64,000 nt of DNA from an uncultured Acidobacteriota bacterium (GTDB lineage Bacteria; Acidobacteriota; Vicinamibacteria; Fen-336): the NCBI GenBank assembly GCA_963720545.1, contig OY970399.1, forward strand, positions 3,296,001-3,360,000. Direction: 5' to 3'. Position 1 is the first letter of the stretch, and each line of letters opens with the position of its first letter. The notes beneath the pieces were generated by a model. The model saw only the letters and a program-made list of their open reading frames with translations, was not told the origin of the DNA and did not search any database. A program made the translations under genes and the position numbers. Below are positions 50,656 to 60,515 of the stretch, one piece after another.

Positions 50656-50676
50656 CGTCATCTGCGGATGGACGTC

Positions 50677-50717
50677 ATCGGCGGATGGGCTGCCGTTCCC
50701 GTCCCATCCGCCGATTT
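50677..50717 (+). terminator. 13-bp stem hairpin downstream of gcvP
   Basis: ATCGGCGGATGGG-N13-CCCATCCGCCGAT followed by a short T run. Confidence 0.5.
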
Positions 50718-50905
50718 CCGTTGCCGGAGGCTCGTTGCCGTTCCTTCGGCCATTCCATTGCCCTTCCTTCAACGTTCCGTTTCCGTTCCCCAGGAACTTC
50801 CGTTCCGCGACCGCCGACACTCGCGCTGCTGCTAGGAGGCCCCTCGCACCCACCCAACGCCATGCGGTGCTCGGGGAAACGGTCGTGGCCAACTTGTTCG
50901 GAACG

Positions 50906-50925
50906 AGTTGCCTCAGAACTTCGGG
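50906..50925. repeat. Intergenic repeat segment shared with 58019-58038
   Basis: AGTTGCCTCAGAACTTCGGG vs AGTTGCTTCAGAACTTCGGG (19/20). Confidence 0.65.
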
Positions 50926-50934
50926 GGCGACCGG

Positions 50935-52311
50935 CTACTTCTTCTTGTTGCGGATCAGCCGGGCTGCTTCCAGGCGGGCGGCGAGGTCGGGTTCGGCGCC
51001 GCGAGCGGTCGGCTGGTAATAGCGCCGGCCGGCGAGTGCGTCGGGCAGGCAGTCCATCGCCGCGACGCCCTCCTCCTCGTCGTGGGCGTAGCGATACCCC
51101 TTGCCGTAGCCGACGTCCTTCATCAACTTCGTCGGTGCGTTGCGGATCCAGAGCGGCACCGGCTCCGCGCGGCTCTCCAGCGCATCGCGCACCGCGGCGC
51201 CGTACGCCGTGTAAACGGCATTGCTCTTCGGCGCCGCGGCGAGATAGACCGCCAGCTCCGCGAGCGCCAGGGCACCTTCCGGCAGGCCGATGAAGTGCAC
51301 GGCCTGCTGCGCCGCCATCGCCACCACCAGCGCCTGCGGATCGGCGAGGCCGACGTCCTCGGAGGCGAAGCGCACCAGCCGGCGCGCGATGTAGAGCGGA
51401 TCCTCGCCGCCCTCGAGCATGCGCGCGAGCCAGTAGAGCGCCGCGTCGGCGTCGGAATTGCGCAGCGACTTGTGCAGGGCGCTGATGATGTTGAAGTGCT
51501 CCTCGCCGCCCTTGTCGTAGAGGAGCGCCTTGCGCGCGAACGCCTGGCGCATGGCTTCGAGGTCGACATGGCGCGTGCCGTCGGCGCGTGCCGCAGCCAC
51601 CGTCGCCGCAACCTCGAGCACGTTGAGGGCGGTGCGGGCGTCGCCGTCGGCGGTGTCGGCGAGGAAGCCGAGCGCATCGTCGTCTACGGTCACGCCGCCC
51701 ACGCCGCGCTCGGGATCGCGCAGGGCGGCTGCGAGGATGCTGACGATCTCCGCACGGTCGAGCGCCTTCAGCACCACCAGCCGGCTGCGCGAGAGGAGCG
51801 CCGAGTTCACCTCGAAGGACGGGTTCTCGGTGGTCGCGCCGATCAGCACGATGTCACCGCTCTCGACGTGCGCCAGCAGCGCGTCCTGCTGCGCCTTGTT
51901 GAAGCGGTGGATCTCGTCGATGAAAACGATGGTGCGCTGGCCGCGACGCTTGCGGCGCTCTTCCGCGGCCGCGAGCACCACGCGCAGTTCCTTCACGCCT
52001 GAGAGCACCGCACTCAGCCCCTCGAAATGCGCCTTGGTATGGTTGCGGATGACGTGCGCGAGGGTCGTCTTGCCGGAGCCGGGCGGCCCCCAAAGGATCA
52101 GCGAGCGCAGCGCGTCGCCTTCGATCAACCGCCGCAGCGGTGTGTTGGCGCCGAGCGCCTCCTGCTGGCCCACGATCTCGTCGAGCGAGCGCGGCCGCAT
52201 GCGGTCGGCGAGCGGGGCGTCGGCCCGCACCGCCGCAGAGCCTGACCCGGCTCCAACTTCCGGTTGGTCGCCGTCGTCGCCGAACAGCGAGCGCGTCTTG
52301 CCCGTGGCCAT
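50935..52311 (-). CDS. rarA: Replication-associated recombination protein A (RarA/MgsA AAA+ ATPase)
   Basis: [55 protein letters not shown]. Confidence 0.95.
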   Translation of the reverse strand: MATGKTRSLFGDDGDQPEVGAGSGSAAVRADAPLADRMRPRSLDEIVGQQEALGANTPLRRLIEGDALRSLILWGPPGSGKTTLAHVIRNHTKAHFEGLSAVLSGVKELRVVLAAAEERRKRRGQRTIVFIDEIHRFNKAQQDALLAHVESGDIVLIGATTENPSFEVNSALLSRSRLVVLKALDRAEIVSILAAALRDPERGVGGVTVDDDALGFLADTADGDARTALNVLEVAATVAAARADGTRHVDLEAMRQAFARKALLYDKGGEEHFNIISALHKSLRNSDADAALYWLARMLEGGEDPLYIARRLVRFASEDVGLADPQALVVAMAAQQAVHFIGLPEGALALAELAVYLAAAPKSNAVYTAYGAAVRDALESRAEPVPLWIRNAPTKLMKDVGYGKGYRYAHDEEEGVAAMDCLPDALAGRRYYQPTARGAEPDLAARLEAARLIRNKKK

Positions 52312-52313
52312 CG

Positions 52314-53117
52314 CTACCGCCGCTGCCGCGCCGCCTCGAACAGCAGCACGCCCGCGGCCACCGCCACGTTCAGGCTTTCGACCACCGGCTTGATCGGCAC
52401 GCGCACCGGCGCGTCGGCGCGCCGGACCACCGCCTCGTCGAGCCCGGCGCCTTCGTTGCCGACGATGAGCGCCGTCGGCCGGCGCAGGTCGGCTTCGTCG
52501 TAGGGAACCGGCGCGTCGACAGTTGCAGCGACGGTGCGGATGCCGTGCTGCTGCAGCCAGCCGAGCGCTTCGTCGAGGCTGAGCGAACCTCGGTGGGGAA
52601 GCCGGAAGGCACTCCCCATCGAGCCGCGCAGCGCCTTCCACGAGAACGGATCGGCGCAGCCGGTCGTGAGCAGCGCGCCGGTGGCGCCCGCTGCCTCGGC
52701 AGTGCGCAACAAGGCGCCGAGGTTGCCGGGGTTCTGCACCGCGACGCACACGAGCAGCAGCGCCGGCTGCGCCAGCAGCGCCGCGTCGTCGAAAGTCGGG
52801 CGGTTGGCGACCGCCAGCACGCCCGGACCGTGCTCCAGTTCGGAGAGCTGGCCGAGCAGGTCCTCGTGCATCAGGCGCACCTCGAGTCCGCTGTTCGAAG
52901 CCTCCTGGTGAAGGCGTGCGCCGCGCGCGCTCTCGAGGAAGCGCGGGGTCATCGCCAGGGACGCGACCGAGATCCCCGACGCGAGCGCCTCCTCCACGAG
53001 CTTCGGCCCCTCGAGCACCGCAAGGCTCTCGGCGTCGTCGGCACGATCGAGCAGGGCGCGGATCTTGCGGGCGAGCGGATGGGCGCGGCTGCGGATGATT
53101 TCGGAGCCGGGGAGCAT
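52314..53117 (-). CDS. TrmH/SpoU family RNA 2'-O-methyltransferase
   Basis: [40 protein letters not shown]. Confidence 0.93.
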   Translation of the reverse strand: MLPGSEIIRSRAHPLARKIRALLDRADDAESLAVLEGPKLVEEALASGISVASLAMTPRFLESARGARLHQEASNSGLEVRLMHEDLLGQLSELEHGPGVLAVANRPTFDDAALLAQPALLLVCVAVQNPGNLGALLRTAEAAGATGALLTTGCADPFSWKALRGSMGSAFRLPHRGSLSLDEALGWLQQHGIRTVAATVDAPVPYDEADLRRPTALIVGNEGAGLDEAVVRRADAPVRVPIKPVVESLNVAVAAGVLLFEAARQRR

Positions 53118-53174
53118 GGGCCTTCGATGCTACACTCGCGGTTGACTGTAACCCCCACGTGAAGGCTGCTTGCA

Positions 53175-53648
53175 ATGGTCCTGGAAATAAAAAAACGCCT
53201 GCAGGACGAGATCAACACGCTCGACCACGAGCTCAAGGTCGCGCTGCCGAAAGAGATCCAGCGGGCGCGTGAATACGGCGACCTGCGCGAGAACGCCGAG
53301 TACAAGGCGGCGAAGGAGCGGCAGAGCTTCCTCCAGGCCCGGCTTGCGCAGCTGCACGTGCGCCTCGCCGCCCTCGCGATGATGAACCTCGACAAGATCC
53401 CGAAGGACAAGGTCGGGCTCGGCTCCACCGTGTCGCTCAAGGACACGAGCACCGGCGAGACCATCGTCTACGAAATCGTCACCCCCGAGGAATCGGATCC
53501 GCCGCAGGGACGCATCTCGCCGTCGTCGCCCATCGGCCGCTGCCTGCTCAACAACGCCAAGGGCGACACCGTCGAGGTGGTGGTGCCGAACGGCAGCAAG
53601 GAATACGAAGTCGTCAAGCTGGTGACCATCCACGACCTGGCCAACTAG
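53175..53648 (+). CDS. greA: Transcription elongation factor GreA/GreB family
   Basis: [28 protein letters not shown]. Confidence 0.92.
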   Translation: MVLEIKKRLQDEINTLDHELKVALPKEIQRAREYGDLRENAEYKAAKERQSFLQARLAQLHVRLAALAMMNLDKIPKDKVGLGSTVSLKDTSTGETIVYEIVTPEESDPPQGRISPSSPIGRCLLNNAKGDTVEVVVPNGSKEYEVVKLVTIHDLAN

Positions 53649-55127
53649 GTGAAGGAGTACTCCCCCAAGCGGCGCACGGCCGCGGTGTTCACGGGCACCG
53701 GCGTCTCGGGCGCCTACCACGCGGGGGTGCTGAAGGCGTTCGAGGAGAGCGGCTTCAAGATCGACATCATGGTCGGCTCGGGGGTCGGCACCATCGCCGC
53801 CGCATTCGGCGCCGTCGCGGGTGGTGCGCGCTTGTTCTCGGCCGGCGGCTTCTGGCCGACGCTGCGCGGCGCGTCGCTCTATCGCCTGCGCCCGGAGGCG
53901 CGCGCGCTGCAGCTGCTCATGGGCGTGGCGTTCGGCGTGTTCGTGCTGCCGCTGATCCTCGCGGTGATCGCGGCGCTCTTCTTCCCGCTGATCCTGCTCG
54001 CCGACTTCGTCTCGCCCGGGGTGCTCGCGCGCTTCGCGGCGCCGTGGCCGTCGCTCGAGGTGATGCGGCCCGCCTACGTCGCGGCGCTGGCGCTGCCGGC
54101 GTTCCTGCTGTTCGGCGTCGGCGGCGCGTGGCTCCTTTATGCCGCGGTGCGCGATCGCCGCCTGCTGCTCGAACGCTTCGAGCACCTGGTGGACGCGTCG
54201 CCGGCGCGGGCGCTGCTGCGCGGCAAGTTGTGGGAGGTGGTGCGCGGCGCCGATGTCGCGCAGCAGCCGCCGCGCGACGCGGTGCTCGGCGAGCGCTACG
54301 TGGCGCTCAACATCGAGAACCGCGGCCAGCTCGGATTCCACGAGCTGATCGTGCGCGCGGCCGACCTCGACTCCGGCCAGGTGCACACCGCCGTCCTGCT
54401 CGGCGACGCGGCGCGCGACGCGTTCCTCACTGCGCGCGGCTCGCGGCGCGGCGGCGACGCCGTCTCGGGGCTTCTCGACCTCACGGCCACAGGTGCCGCG
54501 GGCACCCTGTTCCCGACGGTGCTCACCGGCCTGCTGCCGCCGCTCGTCACCCCGCCCGAACGCCTCGCGTTCCCGAAGGGCGCCACCCACGCCGGCGAAA
54601 CCCACCGCCTCGTCGAAGCGACGCTGCTTGGCGGCTGCGGCATCGCCGAAGCCATCGACGCCGGCGCGGAGCAGATCGTGGTGGTGGCGGCGGTGGCCGA
54701 GAAGCCGTCGCCGCCGCTGCGCCGCCGCGGGCCGCGCGCGCTTGCCGACGCGCTCCTCGAAAGCCTCGAGCGCGACGCGTTCGAACGCGAGCTGGCCGAG
54801 TGCGAGCGCTTCAATCGTCTCGTCGAAACGCTCGGCCATCGCCACGAAGGGGCCGGCGCTGGCCGCGCCTGGCAGGATCCCGCCACCGGCCGCCTGTACC
54901 GCGACATCTCAATCTACGTCGTCCGCCCGCAGGCGCGCTCGCTGCGGCCGTTCGACCACGAAGGCACGCGCGACCCGGCGACCGAAGTGGAAGAGACGCT
55001 GGGCGACCTGCTGCAGCGCGGCCACGCCGACGCGTTCCGCTTGTTCATCGAACCGGTCGTCGGCGCGGCGCCCGTGCCGAGCCGCGCGCCCGACCTCGAA
55101 GAAGAAGGACAGCCGATAGAACTCTAG
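53649..55127 (+). CDS. Patatin-fold membrane protein with degenerate catalytic motifs
   Basis: FTGTGVSGAYHAGVLKA, IDIMVGSGVG, central hydrophobic insert, AADLDSG, LVEA in place of DGG. Confidence 0.7.
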   Translation: MKEYSPKRRTAAVFTGTGVSGAYHAGVLKAFEESGFKIDIMVGSGVGTIAAAFGAVAGGARLFSAGGFWPTLRGASLYRLRPEARALQLLMGVAFGVFVLPLILAVIAALFFPLILLADFVSPGVLARFAAPWPSLEVMRPAYVAALALPAFLLFGVGGAWLLYAAVRDRRLLLERFEHLVDASPARALLRGKLWEVVRGADVAQQPPRDAVLGERYVALNIENRGQLGFHELIVRAADLDSGQVHTAVLLGDAARDAFLTARGSRRGGDAVSGLLDLTATGAAGTLFPTVLTGLLPPLVTPPERLAFPKGATHAGETHRLVEATLLGGCGIAEAIDAGAEQIVVVAAVAEKPSPPLRRRGPRALADALLESLERDAFERELAECERFNRLVETLGHRHEGAGAGRAWQDPATGRLYRDISIYVVRPQARSLRPFDHEGTRDPATEVEETLGDLLQRGHADAFRLFIEPVVGAAPVPSRAPDLEEEGQPIEL

Positions 55128-55138
55128 GCAGGGAACCA

Positions 55139-56323
55139 ATGAAGAAGACCCTCGCGCCCCCGCGCGCCTTCGCAACCCGCGCTGTCCACGGCAGCAGGAT
55201 GCCGGCCTCCGGCCCGCTGGCGACCCCCATCGTGCAGTCGTCCACCTTCGTATTCGAGTCGTCCGCGCAGATGCGCGACTACCTGCACGGCGATCCCGCG
55301 CTGCACCTCTACACGCGCTATTCGAACCCCACGCTCGCGGCACTCGAGGAATCGCTCGCGCAGCTCGAGGGCGGGGAAGGGGCCATTGTCTTTTCGTCGG
55401 GGCTCGCCGCGATGACCACTGCGCTGTGGTCGACGCTCTCGGCGGGCGACGAAGTGCTCGCGAGCTCGTCGCTCTACGGCGGCACCACCAAGTTCATCCG
55501 CAAGATACTGCCGCGCTTCGGCGTCGCGCACCGGATCGTGCCGGTCGCCGAGATGAGCCGCCTCGAGAGCTATCTCTCACCGAACAGCAAGGTGGTGGTG
55601 CTGGAGTCGCCGACCAACCCCAACGTGGACATCGTGGACATCGCGGCGGTGGCGCGCGCCGCGCACGCCCGCGGCGCCCTGGTGATCGTAGACAACACCT
55701 TCGCGACGCCTTTCAACCAGCGGCCGCTCGAGCTCGGCGCCGACCTCGTCATGCACAGCCTGACCAAGGCGCTCTCGGGGCACAGCGACATCATCGCCGG
55801 CGCGCTCATCGGCTCGGCCGCGCACCTCGAGCCGGCGCGCGAGCACCTGAAGGTGCTGGGCGGTTGCATGGATCCGCACGCCGCGTATCTCGCGCTGCGC
55901 GGCCTCAAGACCGTGCACCTGCGCGCCGCGCGCCAGGCGGAGAACGCAATGGCCGTGGTGCAGGCGCTCGCCGGGCACCCGAAGCTGTCGCGGGTCCTCT
56001 ATCCCGGCCTGCCGTCGCACCCGGGCCACGCGATCGCGAAGCGGCAGATGGCGACCTTCGGCTCGATGTTCGCGCTGTCGTTGCGCGGCGGCCTGGCGGC
56101 TGCCGAGAAGTGCTACGACGCGCTCGAGCTCGTGGGCCGGGCGGCGAGCCTCGGCGGCGTCGAGTCGATCGTCAGCCTGCCGGTGCACACGTCGCACCAC
56201 GGATATTCGGACGAGGAGCTGGCACAGGCCGGCGTCGATGCCGGCATGATGCGCTTCTCGATGGGCGTCGAGGACGCGCGCGACATCGCCGCCGACATCG
56301 AACAGGCGCTGGACGCTTCGTAA
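55139..56323 (+). CDS. PLP-dependent trans-sulfuration enzyme (cystathionine gamma-synthase / methionine gamma-lyase family)
   Basis: YTRYSNPT, ESPTNP, VDNTFATP, HSLTKALSGHSD, ASLGGVES. Confidence 0.92.
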   Translation: MKKTLAPPRAFATRAVHGSRMPASGPLATPIVQSSTFVFESSAQMRDYLHGDPALHLYTRYSNPTLAALEESLAQLEGGEGAIVFSSGLAAMTTALWSTLSAGDEVLASSSLYGGTTKFIRKILPRFGVAHRIVPVAEMSRLESYLSPNSKVVVLESPTNPNVDIVDIAAVARAAHARGALVIVDNTFATPFNQRPLELGADLVMHSLTKALSGHSDIIAGALIGSAAHLEPAREHLKVLGGCMDPHAAYLALRGLKTVHLRAARQAENAMAVVQALAGHPKLSRVLYPGLPSHPGHAIAKRQMATFGSMFALSLRGGLAAAEKCYDALELVGRAASLGGVESIVSLPVHTSHHGYSDEELAQAGVDAGMMRFSMGVEDARDIAADIEQALDAS

Positions 56324-56378
56324 ACGCAGCAGGTAGCAACTCAACCTCAACCACGATCTTTCGAATCGAAGGAGGCGC

Positions 56379-57971
56379 ATGCTCGCCAGTCTGGTCCTGC
56401 CGTTGCTGCTCGTCGTCGCCCCGCCCCAGGAGAAGGATGCGAAGCCCGCCGCGGCCGCGTCCGACAAGGCGGACAAGTCGGCGAAGTCCGACAAGGCGGA
56501 CAAGGCGGACAAGGCGGAAAAGAAGGATGCGGACGGCAAGTCCGACGAGACCGAGCCGGTGGTCACGAAGCACGAGATCAACGTCAACGGCAGGCCGCTG
56601 CGCTACACCGTCACCACCGGCATGATGCCGCTGCGCAACGACCAGGGCGAGAAGGAAGCCGACATCTTTTTCATTGCGTACACCGCCGAGCGCCCCGGCG
56701 CGCCCGACAAGCGGCCGCTGATGTTCTCGTTCAACGGCGGGCCCGGCTCGGCGTCGGTGTGGCTGCACCTTGGCGCCCTCGGCCCGAAGCGCGTGCAGAT
56801 GCAGGACGACGGCGCGATGCCGGCGCCGCCCTACAAGCTCGTCGACAACCCGCAGACCTGGCTGGCCGACACCGACCTCGTGTTCATCGACCCGGTCGGC
56901 ACCGGCTACAGCCGGCCTGCGAAGCCGGAGCTCGGCAAGAAGTTCTGGGGCCTGCAGGGCGACCTCGAGTCGGTGGGCGAGTTCATCCGCCTTTACCTGA
57001 CGCGCTACGAGCGCTGGACCTCGCCGCTCTTCCTGGTCGGCGAGAGCTATGGCACCACGCGCGCCGCGGGCCTGTCGGGGTACCTCGTGGACCGCTCGGG
57101 CATTGCCTTCAACGGCATCGTGCTGGTGTCGTCGATCCTCAACTTCCAGACCGCGCGCTTCACCAAGGGCAATGACCTGCCGTTCCAGTTGTTCCTGCCC
57201 ACGTACACCGCGTCGGCCTGGTACCACAAGAAGCTGCCGGCGGACCTGCAGGCAAAGCCGCTGCGCGAGGTGCTCGACGAAGCCGAGCAATTCGCCGGCA
57301 GCGAGTATCCGATCCTGCTCGCGAAGGGCTCGAGCCTCACCGCCGCGGAACGCGCCGCGATGGTGGACAAGGTGGCGCGTTTCACCGGCCTCAGCAAGAG
57401 CTACGTGGACGCGGCCGACATGCGCATCGAGATCCAGCGCTTCTGCAAGGAGCTGCTGCGCGCGGAGCGGCGCACCGTGGGCCGGCTCGACAGCCGCTTC
57501 GAGGGCATCGACGCCACCGCGGCCGACGACTCGCCCGAGTTCGACCCAAGCATGGCGGCCATCCGCCCGCCGTACACCGCCGCGCTCAACGACTACGTGC
57601 GCCGCGAGCTCGGCTACAAGTCGGACGCGCACTACTGGATTCTCGGCGGCGGCATCAAGACGCCCTGGGATTTCGGCGAGATCGGCTTCGGCGCCGCCGA
57701 CGTCAGCGACTCGCTGCGCCAGGCATTCGCGCGCAACCCGTCGATGAAGGTGTTCGTCGCGTCGGGCTACTACGACCTGGCGACGCCGTTCTTCGCCACC
57801 AAGTACACCTTCAACCACATGGGTCTCGACGCCACGCAGTCGAAGAACATCTCGACCGGCTACTACGAAGCCGGTCACATGATGTACATCGCCGTGAAGG
57901 AACTCGACAAGCTGAAGCAGGACGTCTCCGCTTTCATCAGGACCTCCTTGCCCTCGTCCGCATCGAACTGA
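56379..57971 (+). CDS. Serine carboxypeptidase (peptidase S10), secreted
   Basis: FNGGPGSAS, FIDPVGTGYS, GESYG, GYYDLATP, AGHMMY; SD AAGGAGG. Confidence 0.93.
   Translation: MLASLVLPLLLVVAPPQEKDAKPAAAASDKADKSAKSDKADKADKAEKKDADGKSDETEPVVTKHEINVNGRPLRYTVTTGMMPLRNDQGEKEADIFFIAYTAERPGAPDKRPLMFSFNGGPGSASVWLHLGALGPKRVQMQDDGAMPAPPYKLVDNPQTWLADTDLVFIDPVGTGYSRPAKPELGKKFWGLQGDLESVGEFIRLYLTRYERWTSPLFLVGESYGTTRAAGLSGYLVDRSGIAFNGIVLVSSILNFQTARFTKGNDLPFQLFLPTYTASAWYHKKLPADLQAKPLREVLDEAEQFAGSEYPILLAKGSSLTAAERAAMVDKVARFTGLSKSYVDAADMRIEIQRFCKELLRAERRTVGRLDSRFEGIDATAADDSPEFDPSMAAIRPPYTAALNDYVRRELGYKSDAHYWILGGGIKTPWDFGEIGFGAADVSDSLRQAFARNPSMKVFVASGYYDLATPFFATKYTFNHMGLDATQSKNISTGYYEAGHMMYIAVKELDKLKQDVSAFIRTSLPSSASN
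56463..56520 (+). repeat. 9-bp tandem repeat (GACAAGGCG) encoding a DKA low-complexity linker
   Basis: DKADKSAKSDKADKADKAE after the signal peptide. Confidence 0.7.
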
Positions 57972-57975
57972 GAGC

Positions 57976-58038
57976 ACTGCGTCCGGACGCAGTCCGTTCG
58001 GCGAGCATCGATTCGGGCAGTTGCTTCAGAACTTCGGG
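57976..58038. repeat. Palindromic intergenic repeat, longest copy
   Basis: 18-bp perfect palindrome ACTGCGTCCGGACGCAGT plus the 20-mer shared with 50906-50925. Confidence 0.7.
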
Positions 58039-58045
58039 AGGAAGT

Positions 58046-58074
58046 AGAACCTTACGGGCGTAAGCGCCGTCCTA
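58046..58074 (+). promoter_or_regulatory. Putative ECF-sigma promoter, leaderless
   Basis: AGAACC-N17-GTCCTA, 5 nt before ATG 58080. Confidence 0.45.
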
Positions 58075-58079
58075 GGGGC

Positions 58080-60494
58080 ATGGACACCATCTGGCGGGAC
58101 ATCGTGTATGCCGTGCGTGTGCTTGCCAAGGCGCCGTCCTACGCGGCCATCGCCATCCTCACGCTGGCGCTCGGCATCGGCGCCAACACCGCCGTGTTCA
58201 GCGTGGTGAACGCAGTCCTCCTTCGCCCGCTGTCTTATCCGCAGGCGGAAAGGCTCGTGCTCATCAGCGAATGGTCCGAGCAGGTTCCCGAGATGAGTTT
58301 CGCGATGTCGAACTTCAAGGACCTGCGCGACCAGAGCACGTCGTTCGAGCACCTCGCCGCCGCCAACCAGGCGAATTTCGTGCTCGGCGGCCAGGCCGAA
58401 CCGGAGCGGCTGCTCGCGCGGCAAGTCTCGAGCGACATGTTCGCGACGCTGGGGCGCACGCCGATCCTCGGCCGCGCGTTCACCGCCGCAGAGGACAAGC
58501 CCGGCGCCGCCGCCGTGACCCTCATCTCCGAGGGGCTGTGGGAACGCCGCTTCGGCCGCGACCCGCGCATCGTCGGCCAGAACCTGGTGCTGAGCGGCCA
58601 GCCGGTCACCGTCATCGGAGTCATGCCGAAGACCTTCCACGGCAGCTGGAAGCGCGCCGACCTGTTCATGCCGCTGCTGCGCCTCGAAGACACCATTGGC
58701 GGACCCGGCAACCGCGGCAACCACCCCGGCATCTACGTCACCGGCCGCCTCAAGCCGGGCGTCACCATCGAACAGGCGCGCGCCGACGTGGTCGCAATAG
58801 CGAAGCGCCTGGCCGACCAGTATCCCGACACCAACGCCAAGCAGAGCATGGTGGTCGACCGGTTCCTCGACGCCTACGTCGGCGAGCTGCGCCCTTCGCT
58901 CATGCTGTTGCTCGGCGCGGTGGCGTTCGTGCTGCTCATCGCCTGCGCCAACGTCGCGAACCTGCAGCTGTCGCGCGCGGCCGACCGGGCGAAGGAAGTC
59001 GCGGTGCGCATGGCGCTCGGCGCGAAGCGCGGCCGGCTGCTGCGCCAGCTGCTCACCGAGTCGGTGCTGTTGTCGCTCGCGGGCGCGCTGCTCGGCATCC
59101 TGCTGGCCTTCGGCGGCCTGAAGGCGCTGGTCGCGTCGCTGCCGCCGAACGTGCCGCGCGCCGACGAGATCGCGATCGACGGTCGGGTGCTGGTGTTCAC
59201 GCTGATCGTCGCCCTGGTCACCGGCGTCCTGTTCGGCGTGGCACCGGCGTGGCGCATCTCGAGCCTGCGCATCAACGATCCGCTGCGCGAGAACTCGCGC
59301 GGCACCGTCGGCCCGCAGCAGCACCGCCTGCGCAACACGCTGGTGGTCGCGGAGGTGTCGCTGGCGCTGACGCTGTTGGTGGGCGCCGGGCTGATGCTGC
59401 GCAGCTTCTACCGTGTGCTGACCGCCGACTCCGGCTTCAATCCGCACGGCGTGATGTGCGCCAACGTGCCGCTGCCGCAGGCGCGCTACGCCGACGACAA
59501 GGCACGCGCGCAGGTGGCGCAGCGCGTCCTCGAGGGCGTGCGCGCCGTGCCCGGCCTCGAGCATGCGGCGGTGACGCTGCCGCTCCTCGGCGGCTGGCAA
59601 AGCGGGTTCACCCTGCAGGGCCGGCCGGAGCCGCCGCCGGGACAGAACCCATCGGCCGACGTCGCGCGCATCAGCCCCGACTATTTCGCCACCATGGGCA
59701 TACGCCTGCTGCAGGGGCGCGGGTTCGACGAGCGCGACGTGCTCGACAAGCCAGCGGTCGCCATCGTCGACGAGACCTTCGTCCGCGAGCACTTCGCGAC
59801 GGAAAACCCGCTGGGAAAGCACTTCAGGTTCGGCGACGCGCAACACGAGGAACCGTGGCTCGAGATCGTCGGTGTCGTCAACCACGTGAAGAACTACGGT
59901 GTCGACCAGGAGTCGCGCGTGGAGGTGTACCTGCCGTATGCGCAAACCTCGGTCGGCTCGTTCACGCTGGTGGCGCGCACCAGCGGCGACCCGGCCGCGC
60001 TGACCACCGGCATGCGCGCGGCGCTGCGCGCCGCCGATCCGCAGCTGCCGATGTACGAGACGCGCACGCTCGACGCCTTGGTGGCCGAAGGCAACGCGCA
60101 GCGCAAGCTGTCGGTGCTGCTCATCGGCGTGTTCGGCGCGCTCGCCCTGGTGCTCGCCGCGGTCGGCATCTACGGCGTGATGTCGTATGCGGTCACCCAG
60201 CGCACCCAGGAGATCGGCGTGCGCATGGCCCTCGGCGCCGAGCAGGAGCAGATCATGAAGATGGTGCTGCGCCACGGCACTACGCTCGCCGCAATCGGCA
60301 TTGGCCTGGGCCTCGTCACCTCGCTGGGGCTGGCGCAGCTGGTGAAAACCCTTCTCTTCAACACCAGCACCGCCGACCCGCCGACCTTCTCGGTGGTGCC
60401 ACTGCTGCTGCTCAGCGTCGCCGCGGTCGCCTGCTACCTGCCGGCGCGGCGCGCCACGCGCGTCGATCCGATGGTGGCGTTGCGCAACGAGTGA
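58080..60494 (+). CDS. Duplicated MacB/FtsX-type ABC permease (ADOP-like)
   Basis: LTLALGIGANTAVFSVVNAVLLRPL, LLIACANVANL, GIYGVMSYAVTQRTQEIGVRMALGA, PARRATRVDPMVALR. Confidence 0.93.
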   Translation: MDTIWRDIVYAVRVLAKAPSYAAIAILTLALGIGANTAVFSVVNAVLLRPLSYPQAERLVLISEWSEQVPEMSFAMSNFKDLRDQSTSFEHLAAANQANFVLGGQAEPERLLARQVSSDMFATLGRTPILGRAFTAAEDKPGAAAVTLISEGLWERRFGRDPRIVGQNLVLSGQPVTVIGVMPKTFHGSWKRADLFMPLLRLEDTIGGPGNRGNHPGIYVTGRLKPGVTIEQARADVVAIAKRLADQYPDTNAKQSMVVDRFLDAYVGELRPSLMLLLGAVAFVLLIACANVANLQLSRAADRAKEVAVRMALGAKRGRLLRQLLTESVLLSLAGALLGILLAFGGLKALVASLPPNVPRADEIAIDGRVLVFTLIVALVTGVLFGVAPAWRISSLRINDPLRENSRGTVGPQQHRLRNTLVVAEVSLALTLLVGAGLMLRSFYRVLTADSGFNPHGVMCANVPLPQARYADDKARAQVAQRVLEGVRAVPGLEHAAVTLPLLGGWQSGFTLQGRPEPPPGQNPSADVARISPDYFATMGIRLLQGRGFDERDVLDKPAVAIVDETFVREHFATENPLGKHFRFGDAQHEEPWLEIVGVVNHVKNYGVDQESRVEVYLPYAQTSVGSFTLVARTSGDPAALTTGMRAALRAADPQLPMYETRTLDALVAEGNAQRKLSVLLIGVFGALALVLAAVGIYGVMSYAVTQRTQEIGVRMALGAEQEQIMKMVLRHGTTLAAIGIGLGLVTSLGLAQLVKTLLFNTSTADPPTFSVVPLLLLSVAAVACYLPARRATRVDPMVALRNE

Positions 60495-60515
60495 GCGTCC
60501 CGGCGCAGGCGCGCG

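Noticed and set aside
50656..50810. CRISPR array or small ORF in the repetitive spacer
   Set aside because: No constant-length repeats with unique spacers, no cas genes, and the short ORFs lack coding-like codon usage
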